A DNA stretch of 64,000 bases from Candidatus Bathyarchaeota archaeon (GTDB lineage Archaea; Thermoproteota; Bathyarchaeia; Bathyarchaeales; Bathycorpusculaceae), in assembly GCA_963733095.1 (NCBI GenBank), contig CAVTBV010000007.1, forward strand, positions 32,001-96,000. Reading direction: 5' to 3'. Below the pieces are notes generated by a model that was not told the DNA's origin, searched no databases, and saw nothing but the letters and a program-made list of their open reading frames with translations. Of the stretch, positions 52,639-61,125 are shown piece by piece (the first letter of the stretch is position 1; each line of letters begins with the position of its first letter). The position numbers and the translations under genes are program-made.

Positions 52639-52777
52639 AAGCTAAATTGTTTATCTATCTAGTTTATTTATGTTTTTTGTAAATGAATCATACGGCGGTA
52701 AAACCCTTGTGCTGTTTGTGTTCTTTAAGCATCGTTTAACGCTTGTTTCTTTTGCCATTTGCGCCTTTTTCCGTGGA

Positions 52778-52803
52778 TGGTGGACTCGCTGGGATTTGAA
52801 CTC
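52778..52803 (-). repeat. tRNA 3'-half remnant ending CCA
   Basis: Reverse complement GAGTTCAAATCCCAGCGAGTCCACCA, beginning on the last base of the upstream gene's TAG. Confidence 0.8.
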
Positions 52804-52988
52804 TATTTTCTCGATCTCCTTACCAAGTAAAAAAGATTCATAACCAATGAAAGACCGATCATTATTCCTTCAACGAAAGCTGAAATAGAAAAGCCCAAAT
52901 ACTCAAAATCTGTAAAGCGCCCTAAAAGAATCCCGATAGCTAAAGAAATCATGCCTATTGACAAGGCAGTTTCATCCTTAAGCCCCAT
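52803..52988 (-). CDS. Small 2-TM protein
   Basis: 61 aa; GGTGA upstream. Confidence 0.7.
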   Translation of the reverse strand: MGLKDETALSIGMISLAIGILLGRFTDFEYLGFSISAFVEGIMIGLSLVMNLFYLVRRSRK

Positions 52989-53136
52989 CTAATTCACCAA
53001 GAATAATAGTAAGCCTTTTTCAATTAAGATTTTTTGGTCGTTTGATCCTGTACTGCAGAAAAAATAATTCCCACAAATTCTTCCATCCATAAGGAGCTTG
53101 CAGGGGAACCAAATCCCAAACTTCAAAATAGAAATT

Positions 53137-53273
53137 GTGCTGGGGATGGAGTTTAACTCTCCAAGAAAGATGAAGCTTGCGGGATATAGAAGCTACACCC
53201 CCCTGGCAACTTGAGCAGCCGTTGCCTCGAACCCTCTGTGATTGGAGAAATCACCCGTACCACCTCATTTTTC
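53137..53273 (-). repeat. Motif C plus repeat G plus tRNA 3' remnant
   Basis: Reverse complement GAAAAATGAGG..ACGGGTGATTTCTCC..GAGGGTTCGAG...GAGTTAAACTCCATCCCCAGCAC. Confidence 0.85.
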
Positions 53274-53280
53274 ATTAAAA

Positions 53281-53462
53281 ATACAGGGCGATTTGGTATT
53301 GCTGATTCCGCAACAACCTACGAGTATAAACGCTCCTTTGGGGTTGCGTGAGAAAGGAACGGTACCCTGAGCTTCGGCAAGACGGGAGGCGTATTTCACC
53401 CCAAAGCCTGCATCTAAGACCAGATAAGGCAACGTTAGATCTCGCTTGCCCGCCCCACGTAT
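53281..53462 (-). ncRNA. Candidate structured non-coding RNA
   Basis: GC-rich island with nested helices (GGGGCG/CGCCCT, CTTTGGGG/CCCCAAAG, TTGTTG/CAGCAA, GCCT/AGGC). G-U pairs favour the minus strand. Confidence 0.45.
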
Positions 53463-53505
53463 AATACTTCATAAAAACTTCGTTGTGATGGTTGGATGAG
53501 TTTAT

Positions 53506-53805
53506 TCATGATGTAGCAACAACCTCTCCATCGTAGGTTTGCAGGACAAGCTTATTCCAAATACCGCTTTCCCGCAACCAGTTTCTATAGTTTTCAGCTC
53601 CTACTTTTCCCAGCTCCTCGGATTGCCATTCAGCTACGGCTACTGTTACTTCTGCGCTGGCACGCATCAGCCTATAACTTATGAACCCCGCCTGCTTCTG
53701 GAAAACCTTAATGCCTTCATTATTTATCCTTTCAAATACCTCCTCTGCCTCAGGTGAACTGAGGTCTATACTCCATTTCCCTATGGAACAACGAAGATAC
53801 GTCAA
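53506..53805 (-). CDS. ABM/dimeric alpha-beta barrel protein
   Basis: QAGFISYRLM...VAVAEWQSEE. Confidence 0.75.
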   Translation of the reverse strand: MTYLRCSIGKWSIDLSSPEAEEVFERINNEGIKVFQKQAGFISYRLMRASAEVTVAVAEWQSEELGKVGAENYRNWLRESGIWNKLVLQTYDGEVVATS

Positions 53806-53971
53806 AAAATTTTCACCCTTGAAGGTTTAGAACAACGCCATAATTAACAATTTTGCTGAAAAGCGCTTTAAATGTCTGATTGAGTCACTTCTCGTTTCTT
53901 GGCATTAGTTGATTCGCATCGCATCAGCTGGTGAATAGGGAACCGAACCTTGACCATCCATCTCAGTATTT

Positions 53972-54035
53972 GTACTGGGGATGGGGGTTGAACCCATGAC
54001 AGGCTCGGGATTTCACTCGCATAACCCCCTTTTTC
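53972..54035 (-). repeat. Motif C plus complete T-arm and acceptor strand
   Basis: Reverse complement GAAAAAGGGGGTTATGCGAGTGAAATCCC-n-ATGGG-TTCAACC-CCCAT-CCCCAGTA. Confidence 0.8.
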
Positions 54036-54074
54036 TAATTCAGTTATTAGGTTGTTAGGCTGCTTTGTCTTTTC

Positions 54075-54410
54075 TTATTCAGGTTGTTCGCCATCTCCAC
54101 ATGCTAGTCCAGTCATAGCTTTGACGTAAGCTGATGCTTCTTTAAATGTCTTGAATGGTCCATAAAAGAAGTCGTATTGAGAATGGGATTCTTTGGTGGG
54201 TTGCGTATCAGACTCGATAGTTTCGGGTCTCTTTCCTTCTTTAAACCCTAAGTAAATTTGCAAGTCATTAACGCCTTTTAGTATTTCATACGACGAAGTG
54301 ACAGGTACAACTTTATTTAGCATTCCGCCTACGGACCAGTATTTTTCTTCGGAGAGTTTGATTGAACATTCTCCATCTCGAGGCGTCCACTCGCGAAACC
54401 CTTTGGGCAC
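54075..54410 (-). CDS. Hypothetical protein
   Basis: 111 aa; YDFFYGPFKTFKEA. Confidence 0.65.
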   Translation of the reverse strand: MPKGFREWTPRDGECSIKLSEEKYWSVGGMLNKVVPVTSSYEILKGVNDLQIYLGFKEGKRPETIESDTQPTKESHSQYDFFYGPFKTFKEASAYVKAMTGLACGDGEQPE

Positions 54411-54545
54411 TATTTTTTCTCGCGTTTTTTGCCTAATTTGATTAAGCTTCTGACTCGCTGCCCTCCGCGTTGGCCGGCTTCTTCTAAGCTGACTTTTTCC
54501 CGAGCTCCTTTTGAGCCTTCATGCTGCTTGGCCCGTTTGGCGCCG
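54410..54545 (-). pseudogene. 5'-truncated KGG/general stress protein-like remnant
   Basis: SLEEAGQRGGQRVRSLIKLGKKREKK*. No in-frame start seen before it runs into repeat D. Confidence 0.5.
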
Positions 54546-54751
54546 ACGACAAATTGGCTTAAGATATACCATGGCTAAACTACCCCAACAAACTCGGGGT
54601 CATTCACTACGCGAGTTGTCTCACTTTTTAAGCCTGTCTTCGCTTTGCCCCCAACTAATACCGTGTGTAGCTAATGCGGTTTTTCTAAAAGAGGGTTAAA
54701 GCCCAATACTAATTAGCTTAGACGCCTAGAAATGTAAGTTGGTAATCAAGT

Positions 54752-55666
54752 TTGCCTGAGTTTCTTGTCGGCACTGGCGGTTGGGCTTACTTCAAAGTTC
54801 CAAACAAGTCCTCTCTTAAGGCATACTCTGAAGTGTTCAACTTTGTAGAAGTCAACTATACATTCTATGAATATCCCTCAGTTCAGGCGGTTCAAAGATG
54901 GCGCAAGACTGTTCCGAGTGATTTTACTTTTTCAGTTCGATGCCACCAAGACCTAACCCACAGCAAAGGTTTTGTACCTACCAGTCAAGCTTACGAAGTA
55001 TTCTATCAAATGAGAAATTATTGTAACCTGCTCAACTCTCCATACTTAGTTTTTGAAACACCCGCCAAATACGAGATTAATCAGGAGAATCTGCAGGATG
55101 CAAAAGATTTCTTTTCTTCTTTAAATTTTGATGGATTGAGGCTGGTTTGGGAGTACAGGGCACCTATAACTCAAACAGTCGTTGACCTCATGGAGGATTT
55201 TGACATTATTCAATGCGTTGACCTATCAAGGCAACGTCCAGGTTACAGTGTGGATGTTACTTATTCAAGGCTGTTTGGCAAAGGGCAGCACAACATCTAT
55301 CAATTTAGCGACGTTGAATTGGCAGAGATAGATCATAAAGCTCAAGAAACAAATTCCAAAACAGTAATTTTATCATACCACGGCTTGAGAATGAACTCCG
55401 ACGCCATACGCTTCAAGCACTACAAGAGCACAGGGCACTTTCTCCCCGTTACTTCTTACACAGGTGTTGATTCCGCGAGAGCAGTCTTAGCTGAAGATAT
55501 GACTTTTCCGGCTTCGAAAGCCGAGTTGAAAGCTAAGCAAGGATGGAAAGTCATCGACGCAAGCAAGGATAGACGAGTGCATCTTTTTGAGTTCTTGGAC
55601 AAGATTCCTGACAAAACATATTCTAACGTTGATGAGGTCATTGAAGAGTTGAGGGCGATGTTTTGA
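54752..55666 (+). CDS. DUF72 domain protein with C-terminal DUF2795-like domain
   Basis: VGTGGW.Y, FVEVNYTFY; tail FPASKAEL...IPDKTYSNVDEV. Confidence 0.85.
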   Translation: MPEFLVGTGGWAYFKVPNKSSLKAYSEVFNFVEVNYTFYEYPSVQAVQRWRKTVPSDFTFSVRCHQDLTHSKGFVPTSQAYEVFYQMRNYCNLLNSPYLVFETPAKYEINQENLQDAKDFFSSLNFDGLRLVWEYRAPITQTVVDLMEDFDIIQCVDLSRQRPGYSVDVTYSRLFGKGQHNIYQFSDVELAEIDHKAQETNSKTVILSYHGLRMNSDAIRFKHYKSTGHFLPVTSYTGVDSARAVLAEDMTFPASKAELKAKQGWKVIDASKDRRVHLFEFLDKIPDKTYSNVDEVIEELRAMF

Positions 55667-56490
55667 GCAACGAAAATATTCTTCTTGGAACCTGTGGCTG
55701 GAGCTACAAGGAATGGGAAGGTGTCTTTTACCCCAAGAAAAACATCGAAAGCAAGCTCAGGGCCTATTCAAGAATTTTTAAAACCGCTGAGATAGATTCA
55801 ACCTTCTACCGTAATCCAACAAAAGGCACAGTTATGGGTTGGCTTAGGTATTCGCCTCCAGATTTTGTGTTCACGGCTAAACTGCCCAAAACTATAACGC
55901 ATGACAACATGCTTGGATTAAAGAAAGAGGTTAAGGCAGACTTGGAGGTTTTCTTGGATTTGATGAGGCCGTTGCTGCTTGGGGGTAAACTCGGTTGTCT
56001 GCTTATTCAGCTACCGCCAAAATACTCCTATAACCCTGAGAACCTTGAAGCATTCTTTGGGATGCTTGATCCAACTTTTCGTTACGCGGTGGAATTCAGA
56101 AACGTCACGTGGATATTGCCGGAAACCAAGACATTCGAACTTCTAAAGCAATATGGGGTTGCTTACACGATTGTTGATGAGCCGCTTCTGCCCCCAGAAG
56201 TTCATCTAACGACTGATTTCGCCTATTTTCGTTGGCATGGCAGAGGTGATGACATTTGGTTTGACTACCTTTACACTGAAGAAGAATTGGCGCCTTGGGT
56301 GCCAAAGGTCCAGGAAGCAGCCAAGAACGTCAAGAAAGTCTACGGATACTTCAACAATCACTATCACGGCTACGCGCCTGAGAATTGCCTGCAAATGCTT
56401 GAAAAACTTAATTTGCTGTCAGAAAACCAAAGGAAGGTCAAGTATAAACCGAAGACTAAGCAAGCCCAGTTAGGATCATTCTTCAATTAG
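55663..56490 (+). CDS. DUF72 (YecE-like) protein
   Basis: GTCGWSY, EIDSTFY, QLPP, AVEFR, YFRWHGR, YFNNH. Confidence 0.92.
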   Translation: MSNENILLGTCGWSYKEWEGVFYPKKNIESKLRAYSRIFKTAEIDSTFYRNPTKGTVMGWLRYSPPDFVFTAKLPKTITHDNMLGLKKEVKADLEVFLDLMRPLLLGGKLGCLLIQLPPKYSYNPENLEAFFGMLDPTFRYAVEFRNVTWILPETKTFELLKQYGVAYTIVDEPLLPPEVHLTTDFAYFRWHGRGDDIWFDYLYTEEELAPWVPKVQEAAKNVKKVYGYFNNHYHGYAPENCLQMLEKLNLLSENQRKVKYKPKTKQAQLGSFFN

Positions 56491-56598
56491 TTTGCTCCAA
56501 TTACCGGATGTTGTTTGAAAAACCCCTTAATTAGAAGAAAGAATTATTTGAAATCTTGAGCAAGGAAAAAAAGAAAAGAAGATGATTTGTGTTTTGAC

Positions 56599-59202
56599 TT
56601 AAGGTCGTTTTCTTACTGTTAGCAATGCGAGCACTACAAATCCTATTATGATAACAACGATTATCGCTGCAACTGATGGAACAAAGTATTGGTCGGCCAT
56701 CGATGGTGCCGCAGTAGCCACTGGTGCTGTTGTTGGTGCTGGATTTGCTGCGTTAAAGTGTGTCTCAGCAGATGATGGGTAATATGATTCTGAACCCGCG
56801 AAGTTAGCAAACACAGTATAGTCACCTGATATATCTGGAGTCCAAGTCAATGCAAACGTGCCGCTGACATCGCTTGTTGTGCTTCCGATTTGTCTATAGT
56901 TGCCGTTAGAATCAACCACGCTTATGGTTACTGGTACACCGGTTGTGTTGGTTAGCATTGGTTGCTGCTGATATACTGTTTCCATGAACCGACTCATGCT
57001 TTCATCAGAGACGCATGGTAGACCGTTGGGGAAGTTTGCTGCTACCGCATCTTGCTTTGTTCCGGCGGAAATATCGGTTATTGTACCACTGATCGTTATT
57101 GATGTTGAAGTTGTTACACCAACATTAGGAGCTGTGACTGTCAGGTGGCTTGGTCCTTTGCCGTAGGAGTATATTTGATTGTCATAACCGTTGAACCAAA
57201 CCATATAGCCGTCGGCGACAGCGGGTGAACTGCCGATGTCAAAGCTTAGGCTATCCCAGATTAAGTCGCCCGTCGTTGCGTTTAGGCAGTAAAGCTTTGC
57301 GCCTTTAAACACTGGGGGCGTATAGTCGTGTCCAGCTCTAACGTAAATTTTGTCGTCTGCAAGAATGTAGTGTGACCACCAAGTACCTAAGGGCCAGGTG
57401 CCATATGGCGTATCGATTCCGGCATTTCCAGCATACCAACTCCACTTAAGCTGTCCAGATGTACCATCATAGCAGTAAACTGAGCCGCCTAGTCCCCAGG
57501 TGTAGAAGTTACCGTTGCCAAATGCGCCGTTGCCGCTAAAGTCATAGTAGTCCCATGAACTGTTTTCTGGTGGAGTTGTCCATAGTTTCTCGCCTGTTGT
57601 TACATCATAAGCAGTCCAGGTCATAGTTTGTTGAGTGTATTCAGCGTATTTGTCTTCACCTGCTTGTGTAACAACAGTGGTAAAGGGTGTTAGTGTTCTG
57701 TTTACGGGTCCCCATAGCAATTGTCCTGTGCTTGCACTGTAGCCAGCGTCAATCTCATAGCCCAATTGAGAGCCTCCAGGTGGTCCTGTGAATATTCCTC
57801 CCGGGATTGCACTTGTCAGTACTACATTATCTGTAACTTTGGATACGGCCAGTCCGGGGATTATTGGTACTCCGCTAATATTGGTGGCTAGAGGTATACT
57901 CCATTGGTATCCGTCATTCCAATCGATTGTTGCTCCTTGAGGAGGTCGCCAGATTTCAGCAGAGCTATAGGTTAAATAGAACAGGTTTTTCTGAGAGCCT
58001 GCTGCGATGCATTTTGTTGAGTTCCACATGTTTAACTTGCCGTTTGCTGCAGTGTAACTTAGTATTTCGCCGTTTGGACCCGCGACAAGCGTTCCAGAGC
58101 TTACGTTTGCAATGTTGAGAATCCAAGCGCCAGTCATAGCGTCGTACATTTCCCAGTTGCTTCCAGGCGGATAAGGAATGAATCCGATAGTTGCTGGTGC
58201 GCAGAACAAGTAGGCGTGGCCTCCGTATTGATCTCCGGTTATGAAGTTGAGTATCATTCCGCATTTTAGTGGGGTGGTAATGTTTCTTTCCCAAACAGTT
58301 TCGCCTGTTCGCATGTCTACAGCTTTCAAGCCTGTCGGATTGTTTCCAGCTCCCGGATATTCACTGTAGTAGAGGATTCCATTAAGAATAACTGCTCCAA
58401 ACTTGGTTTCATAGGCCGTCCCAGTAGCGTAGAGACCAGTTTCTGAACTGCCAAATTCGCCTCCGATTTGACCGCCGAAAGCCTCTGGCAGAGTCCACAT
58501 AACGTGCGCGCTATTGGGAGCTGTCGTGTATGGATCATAGTTGCCAGTGTTTGCATATAGTCCTGTTGCGCCAAAGTTTGTTGCTCCAAGTCCAAGCCAG
58601 TTCCCGCCGATTGAAGCCCATTCTCTATTCATCGAGCTTATTGGACGTGTCCAGTAATTTGTCGGTAGAGGATTAGGTGTATATGTTAGGCTTACTGGAT
58701 CTTGCTGCACAGTGAGAGTTGCGCTTGCACTGCTCGCTAGATAAGTATCGTTTAAGTAGTCAAGCCCAAGAGGAACAAAGCCGGCACCATAGGGATAGGG
58801 ATTTTCATTTAATGCTACTTGACCGGGGTATTCCATGTAGAATTTGTATGTTCCAGCGACAGTTGGTGTATATCTTGTTGATGCGCCGCCGTTTACGTCT
58901 GAGTTGAAGCTTCCCAGCGTTTCGTTAGTTCCATCTGGTTTGGTTACGGTGACTTTCATGTTGTGCCATCTTGAACCCCATTGTCCTTCTGCGCCAATTG
59001 GCACTTTATCAAGCCAGAACGCGACAGTAGTTTGTTGGCCAACTCCTATTGGGTTTGGTGCAACGACCATGAAGGCGTAGGTTGGAACTTGCCATGGAGG
59101 TGTGTGTGCACTTGCGGCTGGGATTAGCGTTATTGAAGGTAGTGAGGATAGCATAAAGAGCAATGTTGTTGCAATTGCAAGAAATTTACGTATTTTTTTC
59201 AT
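56599..59202 (-). CDS. PQQ-like beta-propeller surface protein with C-terminal anchor
   Basis: Signal peptide; repeated YC(L/Y)xxT(T/S)GxLxW blades; C-terminal TM. Confidence 0.9.
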   Translation of the reverse strand: MKKIRKFLAIATTLLFMLSSLPSITLIPAASAHTPPWQVPTYAFMVVAPNPIGVGQQTTVAFWLDKVPIGAEGQWGSRWHNMKVTVTKPDGTNETLGSFNSDVNGGASTRYTPTVAGTYKFYMEYPGQVALNENPYPYGAGFVPLGLDYLNDTYLASSASATLTVQQDPVSLTYTPNPLPTNYWTRPISSMNREWASIGGNWLGLGATNFGATGLYANTGNYDPYTTAPNSAHVMWTLPEAFGGQIGGEFGSSETGLYATGTAYETKFGAVILNGILYYSEYPGAGNNPTGLKAVDMRTGETVWERNITTPLKCGMILNFITGDQYGGHAYLFCAPATIGFIPYPPGSNWEMYDAMTGAWILNIANVSSGTLVAGPNGEILSYTAANGKLNMWNSTKCIAAGSQKNLFYLTYSSAEIWRPPQGATIDWNDGYQWSIPLATNISGVPIIPGLAVSKVTDNVVLTSAIPGGIFTGPPGGSQLGYEIDAGYSASTGQLLWGPVNRTLTPFTTVVTQAGEDKYAEYTQQTMTWTAYDVTTGEKLWTTPPENSSWDYYDFSGNGAFGNGNFYTWGLGGSVYCYDGTSGQLKWSWYAGNAGIDTPYGTWPLGTWWSHYILADDKIYVRAGHDYTPPVFKGAKLYCLNATTGDLIWDSLSFDIGSSPAVADGYMVWFNGYDNQIYSYGKGPSHLTVTAPNVGVTTSTSITISGTITDISAGTKQDAVAANFPNGLPCVSDESMSRFMETVYQQQPMLTNTTGVPVTISVVDSNGNYRQIGSTTSDVSGTFALTWTPDISGDYTVFANFAGSESYYPSSAETHFNAANPAPTTAPVATAAPSMADQYFVPSVAAIIVVIIIGFVVLALLTVRKRP

Positions 59203-59947
59203 TTTTATTCTCCTTAGAATTTAAGTCATGAAAAGTGCTTACAAACGCGTTTTCACAACTAACGACTTATGGGTTGTTTTAGTTTAAATAATTTTCCATT
59301 AAAATATTCTACCAAAAAAATAACAGAATAAATGTTGGAATTTAGTCGAGCTTCAATATTGTTGACTTATATCAGTCATTGTAAGATAACTGCAAAGAGC
59401 TCTTTTTTCGTACCCTCCGATTGAATCATAAATGGTTTTTTCGGTGAATATGAGAAGCTAAGCAAACTTGCCGCCGAGGAATATAGGAGCTTTTGGTAGG
59501 GTTTGTTCTTAGTTGCCAAACCAAATCCATTCGAGTGGTTGTGTGTCTGGACCGCCCACATGTTTGCTTTTTATCTGTGCATGAAGAGTTCTTTTTTCCA
59601 ATGAATATAGCCGTAGAAGGTAGCAAGCGAACATAAAAATGAGCCTCCTCAGGATACGAGTCCCCTACACATAATTACTTAACGTAGACGGTAAAAGTAC
59701 CCAATTGTCTAGCATGGGAAATGCTTTGAAAAAGCGGTAATAAAACGCTTGGTAATGAAAGCAGCTTGAGATGTTTTGAACATAAAGCTTTTAACCGTTC
59801 AAATTAAAGGATCAAACACACAGTTGAACTCACTTAAACTTGCCACCAGGGCAGAAAAGCGTCTGCAAATTGATATTAAATGTTTAGCCCGCCGTATTAC
59901 AACGTTTTCTTTTGAGGAGAAAAAAAGAAGTCCACCAGTTCATCAAT

Positions 59948-60931
59948 TTAGTGATGATGGTGAGTTAGTGTGCACTGATGTTGGTTGATAGCTAATGCCA
60001 ATAGTTGCGAAAGAGCTGCCGGTGCCTGAGCCATAGTTTGGGCGTCTAGATGTCCTCCAGTTGGTACTACGATCATTGTGTATAAACTGGAATGCCCTGC
60101 GGCTGTTAGGGCTGTTTGGTATTCGATTGTTTGAGAGAGTGGTACAACGAAGTCAGCGCCACCTACCAGACTAATGATTGGAACTTTGATGTTAGTGTTG
60201 TCGACTGGGGATAGGTTTGTGTATGCCTTTGGGTTGTTGTCTGGTGTGCCGTGAGCTTCTAGCTCGATATCCGCCGTGGCTATAGTGCAGAAGTCCTTGA
60301 ATCCTTGAACGACTGAGTCAGGAACTGTTGTAGGCCAGCCTAGCAACGTTCTAATTTGGCTGAGGCTGCTGGTGGCTGTCACTGCACCTGCCTTGTATAT
60401 TAGCGCTAAGTCTTTGGGACCACAAATGTCTAAGACTCCGCTGAAGAGATGTGGGTACTTGTCTGCTAGTAGCAATGCAATTTCACCGCCCATTGACCCT
60501 CCGAAGATGAAGATGTCACCTTTGACGTGGTAGTGTGCGACAACGAATTCAGTTAGCTGATAAGTTGCAGTCATGCCTTCTTTTACACAGTATCCTTGGG
60601 CTCCGTAGTCTGATGCTGCGTAAGCGTATCCTTGGGCGATGAATGGTTCGGCAAGAGCATCAAATTGGAATTGAAGATTAGATTCACGAGTAAATGAGTA
60701 TGCGTGACATCCAATTATTAGCATACCATTCCAGTTGTCGGGGAGTCGTATTACATAGTTTGCATTATTTAGAGTTCCAGTTATCTGAGTATAGTCTACG
60801 CCATAGGCAGTGCCGCGAGTGGTTGTTGTGGTTGATTTGCATGCCATTGCTGGGTTTATAGAAATAAGTGTAATAGTGAAGATAAGCAAAATTGGAACGA
60901 TCATTTTTGCAAGTTTGTTCGTTTCTTTCAC
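59948..60931 (-). CDS. Secreted alpha/beta hydrolase
   Basis: PDNWNG.LIIGCH, GGSMGG, GGADFVVP, GGH; His-rich tail. Confidence 0.85.
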   Translation of the reverse strand: MKETNKLAKMIVPILLIFTITLISINPAMACKSTTTTTRGTAYGVDYTQITGTLNNANYVIRLPDNWNGMLIIGCHAYSFTRESNLQFQFDALAEPFIAQGYAYAASDYGAQGYCVKEGMTATYQLTEFVVAHYHVKGDIFIFGGSMGGEIALLLADKYPHLFSGVLDICGPKDLALIYKAGAVTATSSLSQIRTLLGWPTTVPDSVVQGFKDFCTIATADIELEAHGTPDNNPKAYTNLSPVDNTNIKVPIISLVGGADFVVPLSQTIEYQTALTAAGHSSLYTMIVVPTGGHLDAQTMAQAPAALSQLLALAINQHQCTLTHHHH

Positions 60932-61125
60932 CTCCGTTTCTGATAGCCTTTAAGTTCAAAAAAATAGTTAACTTTTTTTTATGTGAAATATAGCTTGAAA
61001 AAGCTTGCAAATGGCATCAAAGGTTTAATACATGGTTTTTTTTAATTTTAGAATTATATTGGCTGATAAAAAGCTAAAATAAACTAAAATTTAGGTTTGA
61101 TGGTTATTAAGGGGTTAAAATAGCG

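Noticed and set aside
53141-53165. Fluoride riboswitch (GGGGATGGAGT)
   Set aside because: No GCTGATGAC-type pseudoknot partner. It is better explained as an antisense tRNA 3' remnant.
38185-54035. Intact tRNA genes at the GGTTC(A/G)AATCC motifs
   Set aside because: I found no matching 5' acceptor strand, D-arm or anticodon arm upstream of any copy, so they are treated as remnants. Split tRNA halves cannot be excluded without SPLITS.
44714-54410. Canonical integron attC sites
   Set aside because: No RYYYAAC...GTTRRRY bounded palindromes were recognised and no intI gene is present.
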